Source of the DNA: Octopus sinensis
Lineage: Eukaryota
Length of the DNA stretch: 64,000 nt
Assembly (NCBI RefSeq): GCF_006345805.1
Contig: NC_043006.1
Location: forward strand, 18,972,001 to 19,036,000
Direction of reading: 5' to 3'
The notes beneath the pieces are model-generated. The model had not been told where the DNA came from and ran no database searches. It worked only from the letters and a program-made list of their open reading frames with translations. Below, in pieces: positions 1 to 11,876 of this stretch (positions are counted from its first letter, which is position 1; every line of letters begins with the position of its first letter). Position numbers and translations under genes: made by a program.

Positions 1-183
1 ACCACAGTTCTCTTTCTGCGTTACTATTTTTGTAACACACTTGGTGATCTTTGAGGGAAAATACGAATTCATTCGTCTATATGGATATGGTTTGTGCTGA
101 CTCCGATCGTGTGACTCCGATGGTGATGGTTGGGATGCAAGAGGTAGGTATATAGCATTTGCAAATCTATTATTTAATGGAAT

Positions 184-242
184 GTTGTCCTGAAGACGGG
201 AATAAGTTCTTTATAATTCTAACCCAGAAACGCGTCCACAAC
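184..242 (+). ncRNA. Type-I hammerhead ribozyme motif in a PLE-like 3' end
   Basis: GTTGT(c)-CTGAAGA-cGGG...CCCa-GAAA-CGCG-TC-(c)ACAAC. Core intact, stem III palindrome ACGCGT, GUC cleavage triplet, 5-bp stem I with a C.C mismatch at its base. Confidence 0.65.
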
Positions 243-439
243 TGACCGAAAACTGTTTGTTTTCTTTATTTTTCCTTCTTTTTGCGTATGTGAGTTGCAA
301 GTAAATGTTATATGCGGAGAGATATTTGTAGAAAATAGAAATAAGCGGTCTTTGACTGCTATTTCTAAATTTTTGGTATGTGGCTAAGCAAGTTGTTGCT
401 TAACCCTATCTATTCGTATATAAATATATATATAAAAAG

Positions 440-455
440 AACTTTTTGTATATGC

Positions 456-519
<64 letters not shown>

Positions 520-790
520 GAGGAGAGAGAGAGAGAGGGCAGACAGACAGACAGGCTGGCAGACAGAGAAATAAAGGAATACTTAAATACATAGACGTGG
601 ACTGAGATGTGTAAACAGATAGCTAGAACGAGAGAGAGGGAGAGAAATAGTTGAACGGGCCGCCAAATAGACAGACAGGTCGACAGGCCGATGAGCAGGC
701 AACTGGGTAGGTAGATAGATACAGAGACAGATTTATAGCTGGAGTGAGAGACATAGAAACACAGGCGAAAGTTAAATGAAACGACTGGCA
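440..790. repeat. Compound (TA)n/(GA)n/degenerate (GAYA)n microsatellite
   Basis: Directly visible; explains ORFs 384..791 and 410..592. Confidence 0.9.
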
Positions 791-2128
791 CATAGCTAGC
801 TAGTTAGCCAGATATGCAGAAAAAAAAAGAGATGTTGGGAACATCACTTTCAGTTAAATAATTAAAGTATTCTTTCGAAAACCAAATGATCAAAATAACC
901 AACTATACCAAAAACTTAATATAACTTTCTGGAGGAAACAGATGTCACTGGAAGATTCCATAAAATGATAATTAGATGGAAATTGAGCGACATATATTTT
1001 CATCATAAATAATAGGAAATTTTAATTCATTGAGGAAATTGTAAATTGAGTGAACTCAAAATGTTTATTGGTGATAAGATAAAAGTAATGCAACATAAAA
1101 GCAAAAAAATGAACAGGATATTTATAGAATTAAAGCAATGTCAATCTTAAATTATCTTAACAATACAAAATACATTAATCTTTCGTTCATTTACATTCTG
1201 TTGTGAGATGATTCATGTAAACAAAAATAGAATAGAAAATGAAAATCTTATAACATTATCTGGACAATAGTGAAAACAATATTATAAAAAGATGGAAAAC
1301 GCATTGAGTACAAAGAAATGTGAAGTGAATATTTAATTAAAATGAAATGTCGCATGTATTCATTATCTAAAGTACATAACAATGTTGTTGAATTGTTATT
1401 TGCTATAGAAAACCATCCTGATATACTATCTTAAAATCTTACTTAAGATATTGCAAAATATCATAGCAAGAGTAAATATTCTTCTAAATTTAATAGATTC
1501 TAGATTATTGGCCATACAACAGTACTGTATATCAGACAGCCCCAAGCAGACTATGAGAATTTAAATGTGTGTGTGAGGGGTACATCTTGCGCTAAAAAAA
1601 CTTTCTTCATTTTTGAACCTCTTTCTACTGCTTTGGTTTTTAGGGATATATAATATTTATATAATATTTTTCAATGCTAGAATAATATCTATGCATATAA
1701 TAATTAGATATGCCTCAAGAGAGTAACAAAAAACAAAGGAAACTCAGAACAAAAACAGACAATGGACATGGAAAGATCATCCATCATCAGCGAGCCCGTC
1801 ACAATGGTATTGCTCAATTTGGCAGCGTCAGCAGGAAAGCTACTGGGATGTAAGCGAGTGTGCGACTGAAAAGTTCATAGACTGGCCAAGATATTCTCAT
1901 TGAATGAGTATGCCAGTTTACGAAGAAATGAAGGATGTTAGTGACGCTACCTGAGGTGGAGCAGGTAGCCCATTTCCATATATCATTTTCATTTTATTAT
2001 GCATTATATCATACGTTCTTGTTTTGTTTTTTTATGATGAGAAAAGGTCGTTTCAGAAACAGCGAAGGAAAGTAGCTTAATCAGATCTAAAAGACCCCTG
2101 AACAAACTTAAAATACCCAGCAGAGAAA

Positions 2129-2822
2129 GATGTCATTTGGTTCTTCTCAGACGTGAAAAACTTTGATCAATGTCAGAAAGTAAACAGAGGAAATGACAGA
2201 TGGCTATGTACCGACCCTTCACCATCTCCAAGAATAATGCTTACAAAATTTCCTGCAACTGTCATGGTTTTGAGGGTTGTCAGCAATCAAGGTCATGTGA
2301 TATCTCCTCACTTCTTTAAGTCTCCTGCCTCCATAGATGTCCTGAAAATAATGCTTAAGCCATGGATCGATAGTGTACACAACGGAAGACGTTATGTGTT
2401 TCAACACGACTCGGCACCATGATACAAGGCAACAGCATCACGGGAATGGATGAGGGAAATTTTGAATGACCACATAACCCCCAACATTTGGCCTCCTAGC
2501 TTTCCAGATCTCAATCCATTGGACTACTATGTATGGAGCGTAGTTGAGAAAGAGGTTGATGAGCACCCGCATAACACCAAAGAATTCTTAAAAGACTGCA
2601 TACTCAGAATAATGTCCAATATGAACACAGACCACTTGATCCTAGCATGTAGGCGATTCAGACCTCGCACAGACATTGAAGCTGAAAGAGACTTTATTGA
2701 GTAAAAGGTCGAAACAATATGTTTAGTCTTATCCTCAAAGCCTTTTTCAGAAAAAGGCATTATTGGCTGTTCTGAGAGTCATTTTTGTGTAAGTATATAA
2801 CTGTCCTCACGCACCCTGTATA
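2129..2822 (+). mobile_element. maT/DD37D (Tc1-mariner superfamily) transposase remnant, 3' half with TIR
   Basis: WFFSDVKNFDQ...RWLC, then YVFQHDSAP*...WPPSFPDLNPLDYYVW with 37 residues between the 2nd and 3rd D. In-frame stop at 2420-2422. Ends ...CACCCTGTA|TA. Confidence 0.85.
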
Positions 2823-2834
2823 CAGACATAGATA

Positions 2835-2903
<69 letters not shown>

Positions 2904-3062
2904 AAAATGAGCAACAAGGATATCCAAGGTAGTGTTGTATAATCGTTTCATGCTACTTCATTTTATTAAACACTGTAAGTATTACACCATACCAAATTCT
3001 GGTGCCTTTAACTTAGGCGCCATATTCATCTGAATCTAAATTTTGCTGAACTTATATATATA

Positions 3063-3440
3063 TATAACAAAAATGGGACAAGAGTGCAAAACATCCAGAC
3101 AGTGAGACAATACGAAAAAGGGACAACAAAACATCCACACAGTTAGATGATACAAAAAAAGGGACAAGAAAAGACAAGGACGTGTCATTCGGAGTTTACA
3201 TTCGTCAGTTGAGTTCCAGATAATCTTTGCAGTTTCGGTTGGTTATACTCGAGACTGCTCCAATCTGGCCATCCCCAAGGGAAATGTAAGCTAAGAGCAC
3301 TAGATTCCTTGGAAAAAAGCAGCGAATGTATACGAAAGCAAGGTCGGTATAAACGGAGAAATAATACAAAAATACAAAGGCAAACAACAGGATATTAACA
3401 AGTGTCATTCGACTAAGGACGAATTAAATTCAGCTGGCGT
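3063..3440 (-). mobile_element. Probable PLE-derived 3' end fragment(s)
   Basis: Minus frame ends ...DYLELN* immediately followed by a CTGACGA...GAATGACACGTC motif. Shares the LELN* ending with 4297..4494(+). Abuts (TA)n. Confidence 0.4.
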
Positions 3441-3772
3441 GTGTGGAAGTGAAGCCTTACAGCAGGGACATAAGGCATGGCACGTGTGGGAAGGAATATA
3501 TATATGTTGCACGGATGGTAGTCGAACCAAAAAAAAAAGGTCAGGGTTGGCCGAACACCAGTCACGTGGAAGGAGAGGAGAGAAGTAGAGGCAGATGGAT
3601 AGAAGAATTAAGGAGGAACGAGAAAAAGGAAAAGGGAAAGACTGAAGTGAAAGAAGAGAAAAGGGGAGGATGAAGGGAAGACCAGGAAATGTGAGAGAGG
3701 GGGAGCGAAAGAAAGAAGAGTGGAAAGAACGAAATAAGTGTGAAGGGGCTAATAGAAAGAAAGAATGAAAGA

Positions 3773-3799
<27 letters not shown>

Positions 3800-3807
<8 letters not shown>

Positions 3808-4735
3808 AGCTTAGAGAATAAAAAGAAATGAAACGAAACCAAACGAATCGAATCGATGTCCTGTACACACGTATATACATTTATATATGCATGTATATAT
3901 ACATGTAGATGTAGGTACGTACATATATGTTTGTATGTATGCATATATTTTATTTATTACACTATTGTATGACTGAACGCCTTCGCGTCGATTCGATTCG
4001 ATTCGTTTGGTTTGGTTTCGTTTCTTCTTCTTCTCTAAGCTGGTTTTTATATATAATTATGACGCGAAACTCCATAACTCCTTCTTCTCTCTTTCTTTCA
4101 CCCTCTTTTGCTTCCTCCTCTCTCTATCTCTCTCTATCTCTCACTCCTCCTCATCTCTCTCACAGCCGGGTCTACGAACTTCCTTTCGCGGGCGGTCTTA
4201 TTCAAGTAAACATGTTTCTTCCTCCGCTCCTGAAAAAGTTTTTCCTCGCTATTATATAGGCCTTTATTTTGTTTTCCTGTCCTGTTCTATTCCTTCTTGT
4301 ACTGTATTTCTTGTAATTGTATTTTTATTTTGTATTTGTTTTTAATTGTATTGTTTTTACGTCCTGTTTTGTCACATTTTTTCCCTTGTTTTTACCCCTC
4401 TGCAAAGGAATTTTATTTAATTCTTTCGCAGGAAGGGCTAGTTCGACGAGACGTGTTCTGTCCTCACCTTCGAAACACGCTGGAGTTGAACTAGGGACGG
4501 CTGATGAAGGGGATTTTCCTTGTGTAGTGTCTTGTACTCTGTTTTTCGTTGTTAAAGGAATGGTCCGTTCCATGCTGTTTTTACGTTTTCGTTTCTCGTG
4601 AGTTCTACGTCTATTTGCGGTGTCCTGTACACACGTATATATTTTATATATGCATGTATATATACATGTAGATGTAGGTACGTACATATATGTTTGTATG
4701 TATGCATATATTTTATTTATTACACTATATATATA
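3800..4735 (+). mobile_element. PLE-type pseudo-LTR arrangement (short inverted tail plus direct repeat)
   Basis: 3801-3856 is the reverse complement of ~3988-4052. 3857-3964 is repeated directly at 4621-4728. The ORF end LELN* is followed by CTGATGA. Flanked by (TA)n. Confidence 0.5.
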
Positions 4736-4842
4736 TATATACATACATACATATAGATATATAATATATATATTAATTAATATATATATATATATTATAT
4801 TATATATATATATATATATACTACATATATATATATATTATA

Positions 4843-4873
<31 letters not shown>

Positions 4874-5373
4874 GCAGATACACGTACACACACACACAAA
4901 CACGTATATATACTCGAATATAAGAATAAAATTTTATTTTAAATATTTTATCAGTGGCCAGCATATGACAAATACCTTTTAAGGTGAAAATTATAAATAC
5001 AATTATAAATAAGAGCAATAGAAATATTTTACTTGCCAATATGCTGAGAAATGCATTCTAAATCGTCGAGCCACATAGAATATTCACTTATATTATTACA
5101 CAACGTGGCGAAACGAGGGAAGCAGGCTCACAGAAATTCATAAAATTATAGTCATCTCCGAATCGATTCCGATTTCTGGACAAATCCAAACAAGATTCTT
5201 CCTTCAGAAGCGAAGAACACAAATTGAAAGTAAATCAAATACATAGGCATACTCACGGGAAAGCAAATGCAAATTCATGAATTCATTTAAGTTTCCTAAA
5301 TACATCCAAATAGAAATTCCGTACGTCGAGGCTTTCCAGGGAATTTATGATTTTATTTATGATTATATGATTA

Positions 5374-5640
5374 TCTTTATATAAATAAAACTGAGAATGT
5401 GTGTCTGTCTGTCTGTCTGTCTGTGTGTTTCCCTAAAACTTGAGAACTACACAACCAATTTCATTCAAATTTTACACATGCTTTACTTAGGGTCCGGGAA
5501 GTGTCATCGGCAAACACCTTCAACTTCTTGCCTAGAGCGAGCCCATAGCAATATCATATCTTCACTATTTCAGTATTACGTGTTAAAAGTGAAACAAAAA
5601 TATATTTCTAGTTTATGTCAGATGCTTTCATTTTAACAAT
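5374..5640 (+). mobile_element. Helitron-like non-autonomous element, 5' part
   Basis: A|TC start followed by TTTATATAAATAAAACTGAGAATGTGTG(TCTG)n, resembling the other Helitron 5' ends here. No hairpin plus CTAG 3' end found. Confidence 0.35.
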
Positions 5641-5894
5641 AACAATAATAATAACAATTGAATTATATGTAGTAAGTAATAATTAAAGTCAAACTAAAGT
5701 ATAATATAATCGTAACATAACAAAAGTAGAAATAGCAATTGGTATAAAATTGCATCAATGATTTGAACTTGAATAAGTGGTTTCACATGAATGGGAATAA
5801 ATTAAAAATAAAATTAGCGTGCAGAAATGGAATAGTTCAGATGGATAATAAAAAATTAAATTAAAGAAAAGACTATTGTCTATAAAGTATACAA

Positions 5895-6460
5895 TGTAGG
5901 GGAGTCATCCTCCCCGTCTTCAACACATGATACACACGTGCCTGAGAGGACACAGATAGTGTGTCTATAGCCAGCTGGAGGAGATATCTTCCTGGGGCTA
6001 CAAACTACAGTAGCATCCACCCTTATGGGTTAGCCATATTCAAATGGCAAGTTTGCATCACGATGTGTTACCGCTACTGTTTATAACTCGCTCTGAGATT
6101 TATCATTGTTTGATTTCACTTTTTCAATATTAGTGTCAAATCGACACTGGAAAAAGTATATGTATTTGTGAAGGGATCTGACTTCTCATCGACAACCATG
6201 ATTGTCACACGCTGATGAAAGGTAAAACACCAAAACTCGGGTACGTGTGTATCATGTGTTGAAGACGGGAGGATGACTCCCCTTCACAAATACTGAGAGG
6301 ACACAGATAGTGTGTCTATAGCCAGCTGGAGGAGATATCTTCCTGGGGCTACAAACTACAGTAGCATCCACCCTTATGGGTTAGCCATATTCAAATGGCA
6401 AGTATGCATCACGATGTGTTATCGCTACTGTTTATAACTCGCTCTGAGATTTATCATTAT
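5895..6460 (+). mobile_element. Miniature Penelope-like element remnant (inverted tail plus tandem pseudo-LTR)
   Basis: Direct repeat 5942-6107 / 6293-6458 encodes a frameshifted GIY-YIG C-terminal-like motif (E..W GYKLQ/SIHPYGL). 5900-5940 is inverted relative to 6244-6282. A hammerhead lies between the repeats. Confidence 0.65.
6206..6249 (+). ncRNA. Minimal type-I hammerhead, probably inactive (G12 lost)
   Basis: CACACG-CTGATGA-aa-GGT aaaac ACC-AAAA-C TCGG G-TA-CGTGTG. Perfect 6-bp stem I, near-palindromic stem III ACTCGGGT, AAAA in place of GAAA. Confidence 0.7.
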
Positions 6461-6484
6461 ATATATATATATATATATATATAT

Positions 6485-6592
6485 TGGCCTGCTCGCTTAG
6501 ACAGCGTGGTGGCGTCATTCGAAGGCTAAAACAATGCGAACGCATTGTGACCAGCGATGTGTAACAACATCTGATGGTCTGGTCGGTCACGT
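6485..6592 (-). mobile_element. SINE family C, 3' fragment
   Basis: Matches 32365-32470 and related copies. Confidence 0.6.
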
Positions 6593-6599
6593 AAAAGAA

Positions 6600-7140
6600 A
6601 ATATATATATAATCATATCAAAGGGAAATGGAATTTAATTAAAATTTAAAACATTTAATCAAAATTTACATGACCAGTGGTCTAACGTGTAAAAAAATTT
6701 AGTCAAAAAGACTATATATTAGTCATACGATATAGTTTATATTTAAACGCATAAGGAATCCACCTATAGGGATTCTACACGCTAGAAAGAACAGCTAGGT
6801 TCTGTAACCACAAAAATTACGGATAAAATTCGACAGGAATAAGTTAGGAAATGAAATACATTTACCATTTAGTTTCCTGGACCAATTGGTTTCTAATCAT
6901 CTTTTAGCGAGTCACGGAGAACTCACAAGGTCTGATTTTCTTCAGCAGGTCCAACCTAGGGTTAAACATATCCACACGAGACAAGCAAGACTACTTGTCT
7001 CGTGTTTATAGAACTAACTTTTCAAATTTTATGCGCAGACGCAGTCCTTTGTGTGTTAAAGAACCTAGCTGTTCTTTCTAGCGTGTGTAGAATCCCTATA
7101 AATGAATTCCTTATGTGTTTAAATATACACTATATCGTAA
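6600..7140 (-). mobile_element. Non-autonomous PLE-derived fold-back element (family shared with 9561 and 55931)
   Basis: 6727-6803 is inverted relative to 7061-7140. Shares the ...GTGGTCTA...TTAGTCAA.AGACTATA end with 9561 and 55931. Contains a hammerhead; flanked by (TA)n. Confidence 0.6.
6876..6949 (-). ncRNA. Type-I hammerhead ribozyme with extended stem II
   Basis: Minus strand: CCTG-CTGAAGA-a AATCA...GTGAGT/ACTCGC...TGATT a-GAAA-CC AATT GG-TC-CAGG. All core positions present; stem III palindrome ACCAATTGGT. Confidence 0.8.
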
Positions 7141-7335
7141 TATTATATATATATATATATATTATATATATATATATATTATATATATATATTGGTAAAA
7201 ACGGTAAGATAACAAAAGAAAAAAGAGACCTCAATACTATGTAAATAGTATTTATCCTGGCTATTGAATAATTGTCACATTATTTTACAGATATATATAT
7301 ATATTTAAGTATACTTTTATTTATATATACATTTA

Positions 7336-7830
7336 TAGAAATATTATTATTTCTAAGTCTCTCCAAAGGAGACTACGGCAGTGGTACTGGATATTAATAG
7401 TTATCGCCAAGCTAATATGGCAGTCCATAAATATGGGATGAAAGCTGCCGTTGGTTAGCTGCAAGATGCCATCGCCTATAGCTAGCTATATGACACACGA
7501 ACCTTTGTCCATCATAACCTTCGAACAGGGGAGGTTAGCAGCTTCCCCTTGCTGGTCAGGCATCTGCAGACATGTTCAGGGTATTTGCCCTTTATCAATG
7601 CAGAGTAGCCGAACCCAGAAGGATTATTTACCTAAATGCGTGGAATGCATCCACTTTTTTTCAAAAATAGAAATATTATTATTTCTAAGTCTCTCTAAAG
7701 CAGACTACAACAGTGGTACTGGATATTAATAGTTATCGCCAAGCTAATATGGCAGTCCATAAATATAGGACGAAAGTGATGGATTCTTGTAGCTAATCAA
7801 CGGCAGCTTTCATCCTATATTTATGGACGA
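7336..7830. repeat. ~100-bp direct duplication whose second copy folds back
   Basis: 7336-7445 is repeated at 7667-7776. 7755-7776 is inverted relative to 7808-7829, and 7781-7829 is the reverse complement of 7424-7468. Confidence 0.7.
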
Positions 7831-7959
7831 ACGGTAGTAATTTTATTCAGCTGAATACACGTCATTGATTGCTTGAAATTACCGAAACAGGACTACTTTG
7901 ACGTGAAATTACTTCGTAAATATAAGTTTTTCTCAAAAATGCTAAGAGTAAAAGATGCT

Positions 7960-9235
7960 TTATATGACACATTCTACCAGTGTCCGAAGCTTGAAAGTGT
8001 TTATTTGCAAAAAATTATTTTTTAAATCTGTAGATCAAAAGGTAAAGATCCGTATCTCCATTTCTTTCTGTTGTTCTCCTTTTTCCTTCTGTTTCTCGTT
8101 CCTCTTACTAGTTGAATATTCTGGTTCAAGATTTCTATTCTCTGTGGTTTCCTCATTTCTTTTTTTTCTCTTCTCCTCTGTATTCCTTTTCTTTTTCGGT
8201 GGAGATTCACCATTTCTTTTCTCTACCATTGTGGTCTCCGCTTCTCTTTCCGGTACTGTTTCCATTTCTATTTGATTTCTCTCTTCCACCACCTCATGTT
8301 CGTGTTTCTGGGTACACTTTGCTTTCATGTGTCCCCTTACTCCATAATTGAAGCATATTGGTGGTCTACCCTCCACCATGACTCTCAGTCTGGTCTCATC
8401 CGGTAGTATATTTTCCACTGTCATTTTGTGGATGTCAGGCAGGCTTATAACGACCAGCATTTCAAGGCCGAACCTCCACCATTCGACCCTCGCTTTCTTG
8501 AACATTTTAATATTTTACCTTCTCTTCCGTGTTATACAGGATGGCTTCCACAAGCCATTCCTCATTAATTTCTGGTGGCACTCTTCCTATTCTTACTCTG
8601 GTTGCGCGTCTGTCACAGTAAGTAGGCAAGAGTGCCCATTGTACCATTTTCAAGGCCACGGTAGAGTACTTCTTTGTTTCGTTCTCATTAACGAAGCGTA
8701 CCTCCACCGTGCCAAATTTTCTCCCTCTGTTATAAAAAGTCGTCTCATCCATAACGTCATTTAAGCATTTCTCTATATTATTTCCGCGGCTGCTATTTCA
8801 ATTTCTTTTCCGTGTCACCATGTTCAATGTTAGATATGTTATTATTTTTCGTTCGTATTTTTCTGCCACTTCTTTGGGTGGGGTGTTAGCCTCAAACATC
8901 CTTCTTCTTTTTTCAATAGGTTGTTAAACACTTTATAATCTGAATCTTTAACTTCCAGCTTTCGTATCTGCAGCAGCTCCGCTGTCAGGTTTTTAACTGT
9001 TACCGCGGCATAACTGCCTGTCTGTGGTGCTTGCATGTTTCTACTATTTACTGCTTCACCCATAATGGGAAAGCTAAACAAAATTTCCAACGACTTCAAT
9101 ACGTTACAATTTAAACAATTAAAATTTCAGCAATACAATACTTGCACTTTAACAATTTCGTCATTCAACATTCAATATAACACAACGCAATGTCCGTTGT
9201 CTCACAGAAAAAGAAAACTGTCAAAAAAAAAAAAA
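7960..9235 (-). pseudogene. Tx1/L1-clade LINE ORF1 (RRM-like plus CCHC knuckle), fragmented, with 5' UTR
   Basis: Frames 8842..9099, 8507..8752 and 8035..8505 contain RKFGTVEVRF, TRVRIGRVPPEINEEWL and VEGRPPICFNYGVRGHMKAKC (degenerate CX2CX4HX4C). Confidence 0.8.
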
Positions 9236-9266
9236 ACGAGAGGTACAATTATCTCTATTCATATAT

Positions 9267-9305
<39 letters not shown>

Positions 9306-9338
9306 TATATAGATATATATATAACATATATATATATT

Positions 9339-9380
<42 letters not shown>

Positions 9381-9441
9381 ACATATAATATAATATTACA
9401 TATATATATATATATATTATATATATATAGTGATCTAATAT

Positions 9442-9477
<36 letters not shown>

Positions 9478-9499
9478 CTATATCATAGTATATATATAT

Positions 9500-9559
<60 letters not shown>

Positions 9560-9560
9560 C

Positions 9561-9990
9561 AGGGTAATAAAGATTTTGGAAATTTTTACTACATGTGGCC
9601 TAGCGTGTAGAAAAATTCGTCAATAGACTATATATTATTCATATAAATACAGTGTACATTTAAACACATAAGAGGTAAACTTCATAGGATTCCATTTACG
9701 CTAGAAGGAACTGCTAAGGTCCAAATCCCTCTTAGGGCTAAAATCTCGAAGGGAATGAAACATTCTTTTAAATTACCATCTATTTCCTAGATGATGGTTT
9801 ATTTCATTTGCTAACTATTGTCAGAAAACATGGTCCTTTATATAGATGGTAGATATTTTTTTATTTTTCATTCCTTTCTAGTTTTTATCCCTAATAGTGG
9901 TTGGGACTTTAGCCGTTCCTTCTAGCGTGAAACGAATCCTTATGAAGGATACCTCTTATGTGTTTAAATATACACTGTATATATATATAT
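9561..9990. mobile_element. Fold-back copy of the 6600/55931 family, hammerhead disrupted
   Basis: ~9648-9783 is inverted relative to ~9842-9980. The centre retains only a TTCCTAGA..GGTTT remnant of the hammerhead. (TA)n on both sides. Confidence 0.6.
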
Positions 9991-10208
9991 ATAATGACCA
10001 CATCCATACAAGCATTCTGTATCCCTTACCTTAACGAATACAAAAGCATTTAAGAAAGCAAGATCTTAAAATGTAATTATAATTTGTGTTGGAGAAAATC
10101 AAAAATAGCATATCGCCTTCGAATTAAAATCTTTGACCACTGGAATACAAAATATTGCTTTCCTTTTCCACATAAAATGTCATAAAAAAACTAAAAAAAA
10201 AACAGCAT

Positions 10209-10623
10209 AGGCGCAGGAGTGGCTGTGTGGTAAGTAGCTTGCTTATGAACTACATGGTTCCGGGTTCAGTCTCACTGCGTGGCATCTTGGGCAAATGTCT
10301 TCTACTATAGCTTCGGGCCGACCACAGCCTTGTGAGTGGATTTGGTAGACGGAAACTGAAAGAAGTCGGTCGTATGTATGTATATATATATATGTATGTG
10401 TGTGTGTGTTTGTGTGTCTGTGTTTGTCCCCCTAGCATTGCTTGACAACCGATGCTGGTGTGTTACGTCCCCGTCACTTAGCGGTTCGGCAAAAAGAGAC
10501 CGATAGAATAAGTACTGGGCTTACAAAGAATAAGTCCCGGGGTCGATTTGCTTGACTAAAGGCGGTGCTCCAGCATGGCCGCAGTCAAATGACTGAAACA
10601 AGTAAAAGTAAGTAAAGTAAGTA
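10209..10623 (+). mobile_element. tRNA-derived SINE family A, full length
   Basis: Head GGCGCAGGAGTGGCTGTGTGG...GGTTCAGTC, internal (TA/TG)n, and 3' GGCGGTGCTCCAGCATGGCCGCAGTCAAATGACTGAAACAAG with a short tandem tail. Many copies in the window. Confidence 0.9.
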
Positions 10624-10934
10624 CATTGAATCAAGCAAGTTTGACCACACTGAGAGAAAAGCCACTCCACCTCATCCCTCTCAAACCACTCCCCTTCCTC
10701 CGCAAACCACTCCTACTTTCTTTCTATTCACTATCTCCCTCTTCTTTCCTCCTCTCTCACCCCTGCACCTTCCTTTCTAATTTCTTTCTTTCTGTCCTTC
10801 TAAAACTTCATCCCTTTCAAATATAAGTAGGCCAAGTAAACATAGTATAAACAACTTTTTTGATAAACCCCATAAGGAAAGAAAGTGCGAAAATTGTAAA
10901 TAAACTATATTCTGACAACCTTATTATTCCCAAT

Positions 10935-10973
<39 letters not shown>

Positions 10974-11876
10974 CATACAGATGTATACACACACGCACTC
11001 ACATGTGCATGTCCATATACATATATAGATGTCTTTAGACATATTGGCAGCTATTATAAAACACTTCTATGCATAATGGAAGAAATAATGCTACTCCTGA
11101 ATTCTGTTTTTGAACATGCGCTAAGAAAACTAGAAAGTATCAAAATATAAATACAGTTGAGTGTATAGGCAAATTGAAAATCTGAACGTTTCTGTGGAGT
11201 AGATAGATATATAATTATATAAGCTAATCTAGTATAATTCGTACAATAATTGGATTCTTTGCATCTCACAAAATAGAACAATAATCTGCAAATCAAATTT
11301 GCAAATTGATTTAGGCCGCTGGTATAAAAATAATACATTTGTTCCAAAAAGTACGCTTATATTTACCTCCGGATATAATTATTACATCTATTTAAGGAAA
11401 TTTGTGTAAGATATTTTTTTACATTTCTTGCCCCATAATTGTCCATAACTAAATATATAAATATAATAAGAAACAAATTATAACATATAAAAAGGAGAAA
11501 TCAGTAATAAAAAACACAAGATTTGAATAATAAATGCTTTTATAACAAACTTTAAAATCTGTAAACAACACAATTTGGAACATCCGTGAAGTAGGAATAA
11601 ACGTAGCGTAATTCATTCCGCCCATTTATTACTAACTCTTCAATTAACTTGACTGTAGAATTTAACCCATTCTTTGCCCTACCCATTATAATTTATGTCT
11701 CTATCCAGTATATGCCCTACATATTATATTTTACATGCATGGCTCTCTGAATTCTATGCCCTATGCAATATAACTTACATACGGTGATATCTCAGTCCTA
11801 TGCCCTACCCAATACATCTTACATACACCGCACTCCCAATACTGTGAAGCAAGGCATTGACCCCCGTTATAAATAA

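Noticed and set aside
4494-4535. CTGATGA-AGG...CCT after the LELN* ORF end
   Set aside because: No GAAA, stem III or stem I follows; at most a decayed hammerhead.
5140-5220. Minus-strand CTGAAGG...GAAA-TCGGAATCGATTCGGA
   Set aside because: Core A9 and U16.1 are absent and there is no stem I.
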